Below, piece after piece: positions 41,740-50,902 of a stretch of DNA of 64,000 nucleotides. Source of the DNA: Terriglobia bacterium (GTDB lineage: Bacteria; Acidobacteriota; Terriglobia; 20CM-2-55-15); NCBI GenBank assembly GCA_965218585.1, contig CBDCLE010000017.1, positions 128,001 through 192,000 of the forward strand. The letters run 5' to 3'. Both the position numbers and the translations under genes were made by a program. Within the stretch, counting starts at the first letter, position 1. Each line of letters opens with the position of its first letter. The notes under the pieces are model-generated. The model did not search any database, had not been told where the DNA came from, and saw only the letters and a list, made by a program, of their open reading frames with translations.

Positions 41740-42681
41740 CTATTCCAAAGTCTTTCGCATCTTGGGATCTAGGGCGTCGCGCAGACCGTCACCCACGAAG
41801 TTCAGAGAAAACAGCGCTGCCGCCATCGTCACGCCAGGGAAGATCAGCTGCCAGGGAAAGATCGCGATGTTGCGAATTCCATCGGCAGCCAGGCTTCCCC
41901 ACGAGGCCAGGGGCGCCTGAACGCCGAGCCCCAGAAAGGAAAGGAACGCCTCCAGCAGCATCACCGAGGGAATCGTCAACGTCGCGTAGACAATCACGGG
42001 CCCCAGAGTGTTCGGTATGAGATGCCTGAAGACGATCTTGGTGGGCGGCGTTCCCGAAGCACGCGCGGCCAGAACGAATTCCTGGTTCTTCAGTGATATG
42101 ACCTGCCCACGGACGATTCGGGCCATCGTCAACCAGGACACAGCTCCCAGTCCTATGAACAGAAGAAATAACTGCCCCAACGGCGACTGCCCGCCGAAAA
42201 AGGCCAGGAGAACGATCACAACCATCATGTACGGGATGGCATACAGGACGTCGACAACCCGCATCATTGCGTCATCGATTCGGCCTCCTGCATATCCGGC
42301 CGTCGCGCCGAAGGTCACACCGATAATCAACGAAACCAGCGTCGAGATAATCCCGACCATTAGCGATATCCGGCCTCCGAGCAGAACCCGCGCCAGCAGG
42401 TCCCGTCCCGCCTCATCGGTTCCCATGGGATGAATCCAGGAGAAAGAGCCGTCCGGTGATGTGAATGGCGCGAACGATCGAACCAGTTCGGAATCGGTAG
42501 GAATGTAATCGTAGGTGAAACCGGTCGCACTCTCAATGATGGGTGGGCCGATCAATGACGCCAGAACGATCACACTTATGATGATCATTCCGGCAACAGC
42601 CAGACGATTGTGTCGAAGACGCCGCCAGGCGTCCTTCCAGAGCGAAGTTCCGGCAACTACGCCCGGTTCATCTTCGGGCAT
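41740..42681 (-). CDS. oppC: Oligopeptide ABC transporter permease
   Basis: SLWKDAWRRL, HPMGTD..GRD, EFVLAARASG, EAFLSFLGLG, GDGLRDALDP. Confidence 0.9.
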   Translation of the reverse strand: MPEDEPGVVAGTSLWKDAWRRLRHNRLAVAGMIIISVIVLASLIGPPIIESATGFTYDYIPTDSELVRSFAPFTSPDGSFSWIHPMGTDEAGRDLLARVLLGGRISLMVGIISTLVSLIIGVTFGATAGYAGGRIDDAMMRVVDVLYAIPYMMVVIVLLAFFGGQSPLGQLFLLFIGLGAVSWLTMARIVRGQVISLKNQEFVLAARASGTPPTKIVFRHLIPNTLGPVIVYATLTIPSVMLLEAFLSFLGLGVQAPLASWGSLAADGIRNIAIFPWQLIFPGVTMAAALFSLNFVGDGLRDALDPKMRKTLE

Positions 42682-43601
42682 CAGTACCGGACCCTGGGAT
42701 CAACGAAACCATAGGCCACGTCCACGACAAGATTGAATAGCAGGACCGTGATCGACATGAAGGCGACAATACCGATAATCAGGGGTTCGTCGCGGTTAAG
42801 GTTGGCGTTTATGAAGTACTGGCCGAGACCCGGCAATGCGAATATCCGTTCAACGACGACCGTACCGGAAATCAACAACGCCAGAGCCGGCCCGGAAAAG
42901 GAAACAACAGGTAACAAACCACCCCGCAAGCCATGGCGGATAACGACGTCCCTTTCCCGGAGTCCTTTGGCGCGTGCAGTTCGGATGTAATTGGACCGCA
43001 ACACCTCGAGCATTCCTGATCGGGACAACCGGGCGATGTAGGCCATGTAGACCAGCGACAGCGTGACTACCGGAAGAATCGTGTTGAGGCTCCAGAAACC
43101 TTCCCACCGCGCTGGGGGCAACCAGAACAGTGTCAACCCGAACGCAAGGACGAGGATCGGTCCAAGGACAAAATTAGGCAGCGATATTCCGATCATCGCG
43201 AAACCCATGGATGCGTGGTCCAGTCCCGAATTCTGTCGGACCGCGGAGATGGTTCCAGTAACCAGTCCCACAGCCAGGGCGAGAAGATATGCGGCAAGCC
43301 CAATGCTCGCCGATACTGGAAGCGAGTTTCTCAGGATTTCGTTAACCGACTGGCCCTGGTACCGCAGCGAATTACCGAAATCTCCCCGAAGGGTGTTCCT
43401 GAGCATCCGACCGTACTGGATGTGCCACGGTTGGTCCAAACCGTACTTTTCGCGGATGTTCTCTTCTATGGCGGGGGGCAGGACTTTCTCACCGGTGTAA
43501 AAGTTGCCGGGTGCCAGGCGGATGAGTCCCCATGTCAGCGAGACAACGACCAGGACCATCGGTAGCGTGACCACAAGTCGACGGATGACGAAGCGCAGCA
43601 T
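42681..43601 (-). CDS. oppB: Oligopeptide ABC transporter permease
   Basis: YGLDQP, GDFGNS, YIRTARAKGL, DPRVRY. Confidence 0.9.
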   Translation of the reverse strand: MLRFVIRRLVVTLPMVLVVVSLTWGLIRLAPGNFYTGEKVLPPAIEENIREKYGLDQPWHIQYGRMLRNTLRGDFGNSLRYQGQSVNEILRNSLPVSASIGLAAYLLALAVGLVTGTISAVRQNSGLDHASMGFAMIGISLPNFVLGPILVLAFGLTLFWLPPARWEGFWSLNTILPVVTLSLVYMAYIARLSRSGMLEVLRSNYIRTARAKGLRERDVVIRHGLRGGLLPVVSFSGPALALLISGTVVVERIFALPGLGQYFINANLNRDEPLIIGIVAFMSITVLLFNLVVDVAYGFVDPRVRY

Positions 43602-43611
43602 GGGAACCTGA

Positions 43612-44433
43612 TCAATAGGCCGAGCACGGTTCGGGGTCCCAGCCTGAATCGTCGGCTTCGCGTTTGTAATCCGTCGTGGTCACAAACGGAATGGCCAGGT
43701 AGACAGGGTCGTCAACGATCGTGGTAATCGTGAACCACTCGGTACCATCCACCGCCGTGAAGGCATCGAAATACTCGGTCACCCTCGTTTGATCACTGAA
43801 TGGAATACCGTTCTTACGCAGGTAGCCCGGAAGTAGATTCGATGTCTCTACTATTAATGTGTTGCTCCGGGTACCGACACGGGGGCCGGTGCCGAGGAAA
43901 CCGAGGCCGCCAGGACCCCGCCCGACACCCGCATCCCAGCGAGCAACCGAATGGCCTTGAAGACTTGCCTCTCCCGGCTCTGCTGGATCGAACTGGAGCA
44001 GACGCGTCTGCATGCCATAGTCTTTTTCCATCTGGAGGGTGCTGTCGTTTTCCCAGCTGATTCTGATTCTGCCCGGCAGCCGCATCAAACCCGGCGCCCC
44101 ATATGCTTTGCATTCGAGGCCCTGGGCCTCGTCGCTTGCCGGATCCCAGCTGTCAATGATCTCCCGCGCCATCGGCCGGACAGGAATGCTTGCGGCATCA
44201 CCTTTGAGGGGCGTGACCATTCGCCACCGCCAGTCCTCCATGACGGGAGCGACCCAATTGCCGGCGAGATCGACCGGTGCCCCTGCCTGTGGTGTTGGAG
44301 GGGGTCCGCCCCTTCCCGGGCCACCGCGGCCCTGGGCCTCGAGTTCGGCGATGCCCCCGCCCACCAGGCCTGTTAACAATACGAGTGAAACGAATAGCGT
44401 TGCGATCAGACAGTGCGTATTAAAAGTTTTCAT
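43612..44433 (-). CDS. Secreted hypothetical protein, distant homolog of the tandem paralogs
   Basis: Signal peptide, GRGGP linker, DLAGNW..P.MEDW, CKAYG, GHSVARW, YLRKNG.P, DDP.YL..P. Confidence 0.8.
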   Translation of the reverse strand: MKTFNTHCLIATLFVSLVLLTGLVGGGIAELEAQGRGGPGRGGPPPTPQAGAPVDLAGNWVAPVMEDWRWRMVTPLKGDAASIPVRPMAREIIDSWDPASDEAQGLECKAYGAPGLMRLPGRIRISWENDSTLQMEKDYGMQTRLLQFDPAEPGEASLQGHSVARWDAGVGRGPGGLGFLGTGPRVGTRSNTLIVETSNLLPGYLRKNGIPFSDQTRVTEYFDAFTAVDGTEWFTITTIVDDPVYLAIPFVTTTDYKREADDSGWDPEPCSAY

Positions 44434-45359
44434 TGCGCATTCACCAGGCTCTGATAGATAGCCTCAACAAACCGCTCTCCGGTGACGAAGCTATCGTCAT
44501 TAACGAATTCCGTATCGTAATCCCGAGAGGGTCGCTCGCTTTGGACTTCGGCCAGAGACATACCCCGATCGATCATGTCCTGGACGCGTTCGCTGATGAT
44601 CACGACCATGTCGCGGTATTCGACCACATCTGCCTCGTCGGCGATGCGCCCGTGTCCCGGGATCACATAAGTGCCGCCCTCCTGCTTGTTCGCGGGCACG
44701 GCCAGGTGCAAAATGTGGTTCAGAGCGTCGATCAGACCCTGGACGCTCCCCCCTCGCTCCACATCGACAAACGGGTACCCACCGGGCACAAATATGTCTC
44801 CTGTGCTGATCACGTCCGATTCCCTAAACAGTACGATCGAGTCGCCGTCCGTGTGCGCATTCGGTTCGTGGTAGACAAAGACGGCTTCGCCATTGAAATG
44901 TACGTCCCTAGTCTCGGTGTCATAACTGTCGAGGGGCAGCGCCCCTTCCGGAACCGCGTCCGGGTCGTCTCTCTCGAGCTCGACCAGTCTCATCAACGTG
45001 TTCTGATGAGCGACGATCGAAAATGGTTCCAGGCTGTTACCCGGAGCCAGTTGGCGAAACCGTGCGTTCCCGCCGATATGATCGGGGTGCATGTGAGTGT
45101 TGACCACGTAACGCAGCGGTCCGTTCGTGAACGGCCGCAACGCTTCCAGTATCTTTTCCGCCATCGGTGCGAACTGAGAATCAACCAGGAACACGCCGTC
45201 GGGCCCGACCTGAGCCGTCGTGTTACCTCCGGCACCAACTAGAAGGTAAACATTGCCCTGAACAGGGATAACTTGAATCTCGACGTCGTCCAGGTTTCCC
45301 TGTGCCCATAGAGGTGGGCTCACCAGAATCAGGACTGCCAACAGAACAAACATTCTCAT
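44430..45359 (-). CDS. Secreted metallo-beta-lactamase-fold hydrolase (cyclase-like)
   Basis: Signal peptide; NTHMHPDHIGGN, AHTDGD, TGD, IPGHG. Confidence 0.9.
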   Translation of the reverse strand: MRMFVLLAVLILVSPPLWAQGNLDDVEIQVIPVQGNVYLLVGAGGNTTAQVGPDGVFLVDSQFAPMAEKILEALRPFTNGPLRYVVNTHMHPDHIGGNARFRQLAPGNSLEPFSIVAHQNTLMRLVELERDDPDAVPEGALPLDSYDTETRDVHFNGEAVFVYHEPNAHTDGDSIVLFRESDVISTGDIFVPGGYPFVDVERGGSVQGLIDALNHILHLAVPANKQEGGTYVIPGHGRIADEADVVEYRDMVVIISERVQDMIDRGMSLAEVQSERPSRDYDTEFVNDDSFVTGERFVEAIYQSLVNAQ

Positions 45360-45379
45360 ACCTGTTACTCCCATCACTC

Positions 45380-46303
45380 TCAATTCAAGTTACAACCACC
45401 ATTATTCGCACCGCAGTTGCAGTATCGCGTGCACACTGCCGGGATGTCTTCAGGAAGCACCATCCGGTCGCGATACTCCGGATAGATCGTCTCGCTGCCT
45501 CCCCTGACACCATCCACCGGCAATCCATACCAGTCAGTTACCAGATTCAGAAACGGGTTCTCTCCCGGCAAGTAGTGCGGCACGTCGTTCGGTTCGCCGG
45601 GCAACTCCTTGGCGTACTCGCACACGTATCGGCCCAGTTGCAGCCCGGGATCAACAACCCACGTCTGACTCCGTACCAGCGGCTCGGTCAAAAACGCGGG
45701 GTCGTCCGTGGTTACGGTAACAGTCAGATAGTTTCCGTGACGCACCCAGTGATCGGTAAACGTTGCCAGTTCGCTCCGCGGCAAACCGTTGCGCTTGAAA
45801 TAGCTCTTCTTGAGATGCGTCGTGCGCACGTTGAGCATGTTTCCGTTCCACGTGCCAGTGGAGAATCCCTCAAACGTGTGCGGCACAAACTCCCCCGGAT
45901 GCTCGCGCCCGTCCAGCCAGATCGTACGCTCAATCTCAAAAGCGTTCATTCGGATGTGAAGTGCGATGACGCGCTGTGTCAGGGGATCCAATATCTGCTC
46001 GACGCGCATATTGGCCAGGGCACGCATCGCGAAATCGCCACCATGGGGCCGGCACTGGTACTGAGTCACTGCCGATACCCGGTCATAGTCGTAGGTATCG
46101 CCGCGAAGCCGTGCGGCTTCGTTGACGGGTATCCCGGAGTAGTCGCCATAGTCAGGACCCGGAAGCCGCGAAGGGTGATCTTCGTGATAGAGCGGCGACC
46201 AGTTTCCGGAAAAGTCGACCTGGGCGAGCATTGTGCCCGGAGCCGCCACCATGAGTAAGGCTCCGATCAAAAGGGTACGCTTCAGGTTTAGATTTTTACG
46301 CAT
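45380..46303 (-). CDS. Secreted Cys-rich hypothetical protein, tandem paralog 1
   Basis: Signal peptide; DFSGNW.PLYHED, QYQCRPH, GFSTGTW, C-terminal CTRYCNCG..NGGCNLN. Confidence 0.85.
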   Translation of the reverse strand: MRKNLNLKRTLLIGALLMVAAPGTMLAQVDFSGNWSPLYHEDHPSRLPGPDYGDYSGIPVNEAARLRGDTYDYDRVSAVTQYQCRPHGGDFAMRALANMRVEQILDPLTQRVIALHIRMNAFEIERTIWLDGREHPGEFVPHTFEGFSTGTWNGNMLNVRTTHLKKSYFKRNGLPRSELATFTDHWVRHGNYLTVTVTTDDPAFLTEPLVRSQTWVVDPGLQLGRYVCEYAKELPGEPNDVPHYLPGENPFLNLVTDWYGLPVDGVRGGSETIYPEYRDRMVLPEDIPAVCTRYCNCGANNGGCNLN

Positions 46304-46341
46304 ATATCAACTCACGTGGTAATCGGTTCGTTAGAACAGTC

Positions 46342-47247
46342 TCAATTCAAATCACAGCCACCATCATTCTCGCCACATTTGCAATACCGCCCGCACACCT
46401 GCGGCACGTCTTCCGGTAGCACCATGCGATCGCGATACTCCGGGTAGATCGTCCCACTGCCACCGCGTACACCGTCGGTGGGCAGCCCATACCAATCGGG
46501 CACCAGATTCAGCGTTGGGTTCTCGCCCGGCAGATAGTGAGGCACTTCGTCAAGTTCCCCGGGCAACTCCCTGGTATATTGGCAAACATACCTGCCCAGT
46601 TGTTGTCCGGGATCCAGCTTCCAGGTCTGACTCCGCACCAGCGGCTCGGTCAAGAACGCGGGATCCTCAATAGCGGTCGTCACCGTGAGGTATTCTCCGT
46701 GACGCACCCAGTGATCGGTGAACGTTGCCAACTCGCTCCGCGGCAAGCCATTGCGCCGAAGATAACTCTTCTTAAGGTGGGTCGTCCGCACGTTAAGCAT
46801 ATTTCCGTCCCACGTGCCTGTCGAAAATCCCTCGAAGGTGTGCGGCTCGAGCTCCTCCGGATGGTCGCGGCCATCCAGCCAGATCGTCCGCTCCATCTCA
46901 GCAAAATTCATACGCAGGCGAATCGCGACGACTTGTTGCGTCAAGGGATCCAGCACCTGATCGACGCGCATATTGGCCAGACCTCGCATGGAGTAGTCGC
47001 CTCCGTGGGGCCGGCACTGGTATTGAGTTACGGCAGATATCCGGTCGTAGTCGTAGCTGTCAGCCCGAAGCCGTGCGGCCTCGTTGATGGGTATTCCGGA
47101 GTAGTCACCGTTTTCGGGACCTGGAATTCGCTCCGGGTAGTCTTCATGATAGAGCGGGACCCAGTTTCCGGACAGATCGACTTGTGCAATCACTGTCGGA
47201 CTCTGCACCGCAAACAGCAAAGCCCCCAGCAAAACGAATCTTCTCAC
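46342..47247 (-). CDS. Secreted Cys-rich hypothetical protein, tandem paralog 2
   Basis: Colinear with paralogs 1 and 3; GTG start after gagg. Confidence 0.85.
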   Translation of the reverse strand: MRRFVLLGALLFAVQSPTVIAQVDLSGNWVPLYHEDYPERIPGPENGDYSGIPINEAARLRADSYDYDRISAVTQYQCRPHGGDYSMRGLANMRVDQVLDPLTQQVVAIRLRMNFAEMERTIWLDGRDHPEELEPHTFEGFSTGTWDGNMLNVRTTHLKKSYLRRNGLPRSELATFTDHWVRHGEYLTVTTAIEDPAFLTEPLVRSQTWKLDPGQQLGRYVCQYTRELPGELDEVPHYLPGENPTLNLVPDWYGLPTDGVRGGSGTIYPEYRDRMVLPEDVPQVCGRYCKCGENDGGCDLN

Positions 47248-47267
47248 GCTCGTTCCTCGGATCACTT

Positions 47268-48191
47268 TCAATTCAGGCCACAGCCACCGTTGTTTTGCCC
47301 GCAGGTGCAGTACCGGGTGCACACGCTGGGCACATCTTCCGGAAGCACGAACTGGTCGTGGTACTCAGGATAGAGTGTCTGACTGCCGCCGCGCACACCC
47401 TCCGCTGGCAATCCATACCAGTCCGGAACCAGGTTCAGAAGCGTGTTCTGCCCCGGGAGGTAATGCGGCACGTCGTCGAGCTCTCCGGGCATTTCCTTCA
47501 CGTACTGGCAGACGTCTCGGCCCAGCTGTTGTCCGGGATCGAGCTTCCAGGTCTGACTCCGTACCCACGGCTCTGTCAGGAATGCAGGATCCTCGGTAGT
47601 CGTTGTCACCGTCAGGTATTCGCCGTGACGCACCCAGTGATCGGTAAATGTCGCCTGCTCGCTACGTGGCAGGCCGTTGCGGCGCAGATAACTCTTCTTA
47701 AGGTGGGTCGTCCGCACGTTCAACATGTTGCCATTCCACGTGCCCGTGGAAAAACCTTCGAACGTGTGCGGCTCGAGTTCGCCCGGATGCTCGCGCCCGT
47801 CGAGCCAAATCGTGCGTTCCATCTCGTAAGCGTTCATACGCAGGCGAATGGCGACGACTTGCTGCGTCAAGGGGTCCAGCATCTGATCCACCCGCATGTT
47901 GGCGAGACCGCGCATCGAATAGTCGGCGCCGTGGGGTCGGCACTGGTACTGCGTCACCGAGGATATCCGGGTCGGGTCATAGCTGTCACCGCGAAGGCGT
48001 GCGGCATCGTTGACGGGTATCCCGGCGTAGTCGCCATTTTCAGGTCCGGGAATCCTCTCAGGGTAGTCTTCGTGATAGAGGGGCGACCAGTTTCCGGAAA
48101 AGTCGATCTGGGCGATTGCCGTTGGGCTCTGTAATAGAAACAGCAACGCGACAGACAGCACGCTCCATGCCAGGTGCCGGATCTTACGCAC
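47268..48191 (-). CDS. Secreted Cys-rich hypothetical protein, tandem paralog 3
   Basis: Colinear with paralogs 1 and 2; GTG start after ggagg. Confidence 0.85.
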   Translation of the reverse strand: MRKIRHLAWSVLSVALLFLLQSPTAIAQIDFSGNWSPLYHEDYPERIPGPENGDYAGIPVNDAARLRGDSYDPTRISSVTQYQCRPHGADYSMRGLANMRVDQMLDPLTQQVVAIRLRMNAYEMERTIWLDGREHPGELEPHTFEGFSTGTWNGNMLNVRTTHLKKSYLRRNGLPRSEQATFTDHWVRHGEYLTVTTTTEDPAFLTEPWVRSQTWKLDPGQQLGRDVCQYVKEMPGELDDVPHYLPGQNTLLNLVPDWYGLPAEGVRGGSQTLYPEYHDQFVLPEDVPSVCTRYCTCGQNNGGCGLN

Positions 48192-48241
48192 ACATCCTCC
48201 TCTTTGTCTCTGCAATCGCCTGACGAGCGGCGAACCTTCAG

Positions 48242-48727
48242 CTATTGCGGATTGATAACGGCACCGTCCCAGTGTTCATACAGCTTGCCGTCCCTGATGC
48301 GGAAGGTGTCCCAGGCGAATCTCTCATAAAATGTGCCGGGATCCTCGGTCGGATCCTGAGCGAACTGCTGCCGCATGATGAACACGAGGTCGCCTTCGGC
48401 AAGGACCATATAAAGGTTGTTGCCGGCTGGAGGCTGCGGACCCTGTTGTCCACCACGGCCACGTCCGCGTCCGGCGAACTGAGCAAACATCTGCTCGAAA
48501 CCTTCCTTGTAAGTCAGGTTGTTGTCATCAGCGAATTTCTTGAACGCGGGATTGTGCTGAATGTAGTCGTCATGAAGGAGTTCTAAACGCTCCTCGGCCG
48601 TAATGCCCGGACGAAAGAACTCACTGGCAATTCGTTTGTTTTCTTCCAAATCCTGAGCCGCTGCTGGCGTACCGGCACATGCCATAAGCACGACCATGCA
48701 GACAGGCATCCATCTCATTAGTCTCAC
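48242..48727 (-). CDS. Secreted SnoaL/NTF2-like fold protein
   Basis: LEENKRI..EF, DYIQHNP, AEGDLV, DTFRIRDGKLYEHWD. Confidence 0.82.
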   Translation of the reverse strand: MRLMRWMPVCMVVLMACAGTPAAAQDLEENKRIASEFFRPGITAEERLELLHDDYIQHNPAFKKFADDNNLTYKEGFEQMFAQFAGRGRGRGGQQGPQPPAGNNLYMVLAEGDLVFIMRQQFAQDPTEDPGTFYERFAWDTFRIRDGKLYEHWDGAVINPQ

Positions 48728-48835
48728 GTCAATCCCCCCTTTAGCTTTTGACGGCAACGGGCCCGGCTCTGAGACCGCCGACCCCGGAAAACATATCACA
48801 GAGCCATTGACAACTGACAAAATCGACGTATCGGT

Positions 48836-50749
48836 TTACTGTGCCCTGTACTTACCATCAGGTATCAGCGACGGCATTCCGCGATCCCAGAGTTCGGGAT
48901 CGTGCTCGATGTAGACGTATTTCCATGGATGCATCGTGTTCGGATTGGGATACAGGCCCTTGACATACGGCTTCTTCATCCAGTTCGTGGAGTTCGTGAA
49001 CAAAGGAACGATAGGCTGGACATCGAGGATCTCCGCCTCGGCCTGGGCCAACAAACGGAAGCGTTCTTCGGGATCGAGCGAACTGTTGCCACGATTCAAC
49101 CCGTCGACAAACTCGGGTGAGAACCAGCCGCTTCCGTTGTTCCCCGTCGGCGTGGCGAACAGCTCGAGGAACGTAAACGGGTCCATGTAGTCACCCACCC
49201 AACCTCGCCGGGCCATTCCCTTGAAGGCCAGCGTCCGTGTGTCTTCGAGATACGCCTGCCATTCCATGTTTTTCAGCCCGACAGTCAGATCCAGATTCTG
49301 TCTCCATTGCGCCTGGACAAACTCCGCGACCTGCCGGTTGCTTTCGGTGGTGTTGTACGTCAGCTCGACTTCACTAATGGGAAACATGGAAGGATCGTAG
49401 TTACCGCTTGAATCGACGTACCCAGCTTCAACAAGAAGTTGGCGTGCCCTCTCAGGGTCGAAGTCATCACCCACTGGCTGCGGGTACCCGGGAAAGATAC
49501 CTTCGGGAGAAAACGCGGTCAGCGGATTCGCAGTTCTCTTGAACCGGGCAAGCGCCACTTTGTCCACCGCATGATTAAAGGCCTTCCGGACTCGAATGTC
49601 GTCCATCGGGGGCTGTGTCGTATTGAATATGTAAAACTCGATTGCGTTTTCCGGCGCATCCATGTAGTCCAGCAGCGGCCGAATCTCATCGATCCAGGCG
49701 ATGGGGACCACGTGGTTGTATACCGCGTCGACAGCACCGGCCTTGTAAAGATTCATCATCGTCGTCTGCTCTTCCATCGGGTAGAACGTAATCTCTTCCA
49801 GGCGCACGCGGTCTCGGTCCCAATAGGTCGGGCTCTTGACGACGACGATCTTGTCGTAGGCCTGGTATGTCTCCAGATGAAAGGGGCCGCTGGTGACGAT
49901 GTTTCCGACGTCGGTCCAATCGTCTCCGTGAATCTCGATCGACTGTTCGGGGACCGGACGCAGGAACTGGTGCGTCGTCAGGCCAGGAAAAAACGGCACG
50001 GGTTGGTTCAGCGTGACTCGGAGGGTATAGGAGTCGACTGCCTCGACGCCGATATCCTCGGCCGTGACCGGCACCAGCTCCATTGAAGCAACGATTTCAC
50101 CAACCCTTGGATTCTCTTCATACAGGGCCTGCCGGCTCTGTTCGTCGCCCGGCAGGGTCAATCGGTTCGGCCCCAGAATGAATCGCCGAAATGGCGTTAG
50201 CTCGGTGGCGCTCTCGGGCTCGGGCACTGGCACCTCACCCAGAACATCGGACTCCAGCAGGTAGGTTCCCCCGTCCGGGTCACGGACAAAAAAACCGCTC
50301 TCGTTGTAGGCCTGGGAATACTTGATGTGGAACGCCATATAGGCATACGGTGCCGCGAGTTCCGGTGAGAGGGCACGCCGCCACGAGTAGACGATGTCCT
50401 CAGCGGTGATCGGCTCACCGTCTGACCAACGCCCATCCGGGCGGATATGAAACACGAACTCGGTATTATTTTCATTCACGTCCCAGCTCTCGGCAAGACT
50501 CGGCATTGGCTGGTTGGTCTGCGGGTGATATTCGGTGAGCCCGTCGAACAGCGCGAGATAGATCCGGTGTTCCGGTTGGCCCGTCCCTATCTGAGGATCC
50601 ATCGATTGCGGTTCCGAGCCCGAGATGTAGCGAAGAGTCTGTCCTTCAGGTGGCGCGACCCGCCCGAAGTATTTTGAGTCCGCCGAAGCGCCTGAACATC
50701 CCAGAACTACCGCTGACGCGAGAAGAACGACCCAGAAACGACTAGCCAT
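48836..50749 (-). CDS. oppA: Oligopeptide ABC transporter substrate-binding lipoprotein
   Basis: Lipobox VLGC, EPQSMDP, PSLAESW, WSDGEPITA.D..YSW.R, RRGWVGDYMDP.TFL. Confidence 0.9.
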   Translation of the reverse strand: MASRFWVVLLASAVVLGCSGASADSKYFGRVAPPEGQTLRYISGSEPQSMDPQIGTGQPEHRIYLALFDGLTEYHPQTNQPMPSLAESWDVNENNTEFVFHIRPDGRWSDGEPITAEDIVYSWRRALSPELAAPYAYMAFHIKYSQAYNESGFFVRDPDGGTYLLESDVLGEVPVPEPESATELTPFRRFILGPNRLTLPGDEQSRQALYEENPRVGEIVASMELVPVTAEDIGVEAVDSYTLRVTLNQPVPFFPGLTTHQFLRPVPEQSIEIHGDDWTDVGNIVTSGPFHLETYQAYDKIVVVKSPTYWDRDRVRLEEITFYPMEEQTTMMNLYKAGAVDAVYNHVVPIAWIDEIRPLLDYMDAPENAIEFYIFNTTQPPMDDIRVRKAFNHAVDKVALARFKRTANPLTAFSPEGIFPGYPQPVGDDFDPERARQLLVEAGYVDSSGNYDPSMFPISEVELTYNTTESNRQVAEFVQAQWRQNLDLTVGLKNMEWQAYLEDTRTLAFKGMARRGWVGDYMDPFTFLELFATPTGNNGSGWFSPEFVDGLNRGNSSLDPEERFRLLAQAEAEILDVQPIVPLFTNSTNWMKKPYVKGLYPNPNTMHPWKYVYIEHDPELWDRGMPSLIPDGKYRAQ

Positions 50750-50814
50750 GTTGTTGCTCCTTCGATGTACCCGCGAAACTATCACGCACGCATACCTCGA
50801 TCAAGACAGACCAT

Positions 50815-50902
50815 AAAAGTGGGGACCGGTCACTCTTTTTGCGAGCGAACGCCCGGGCGCGCCCGAATCCGGCCGCAAAAAGAGTGACCTGTCCCTACTT
50901 TT
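50815..50902. repeat. REP/REPIN-like long inverted repeat (29-bp arms, 2 mismatches)
   Basis: aaaagtggggaccggtcactctttttgcg ... cgcaaaaagagtgacctgtccctactttt. Confidence 0.8.

Noticed and set aside
45380-48191. Diversity-generating retroelement or shufflon behind the paralog array
   Set aside because: No reverse transcriptase or recombinase in the window, and differences are spread over whole genes rather than adenine-specific in one region.
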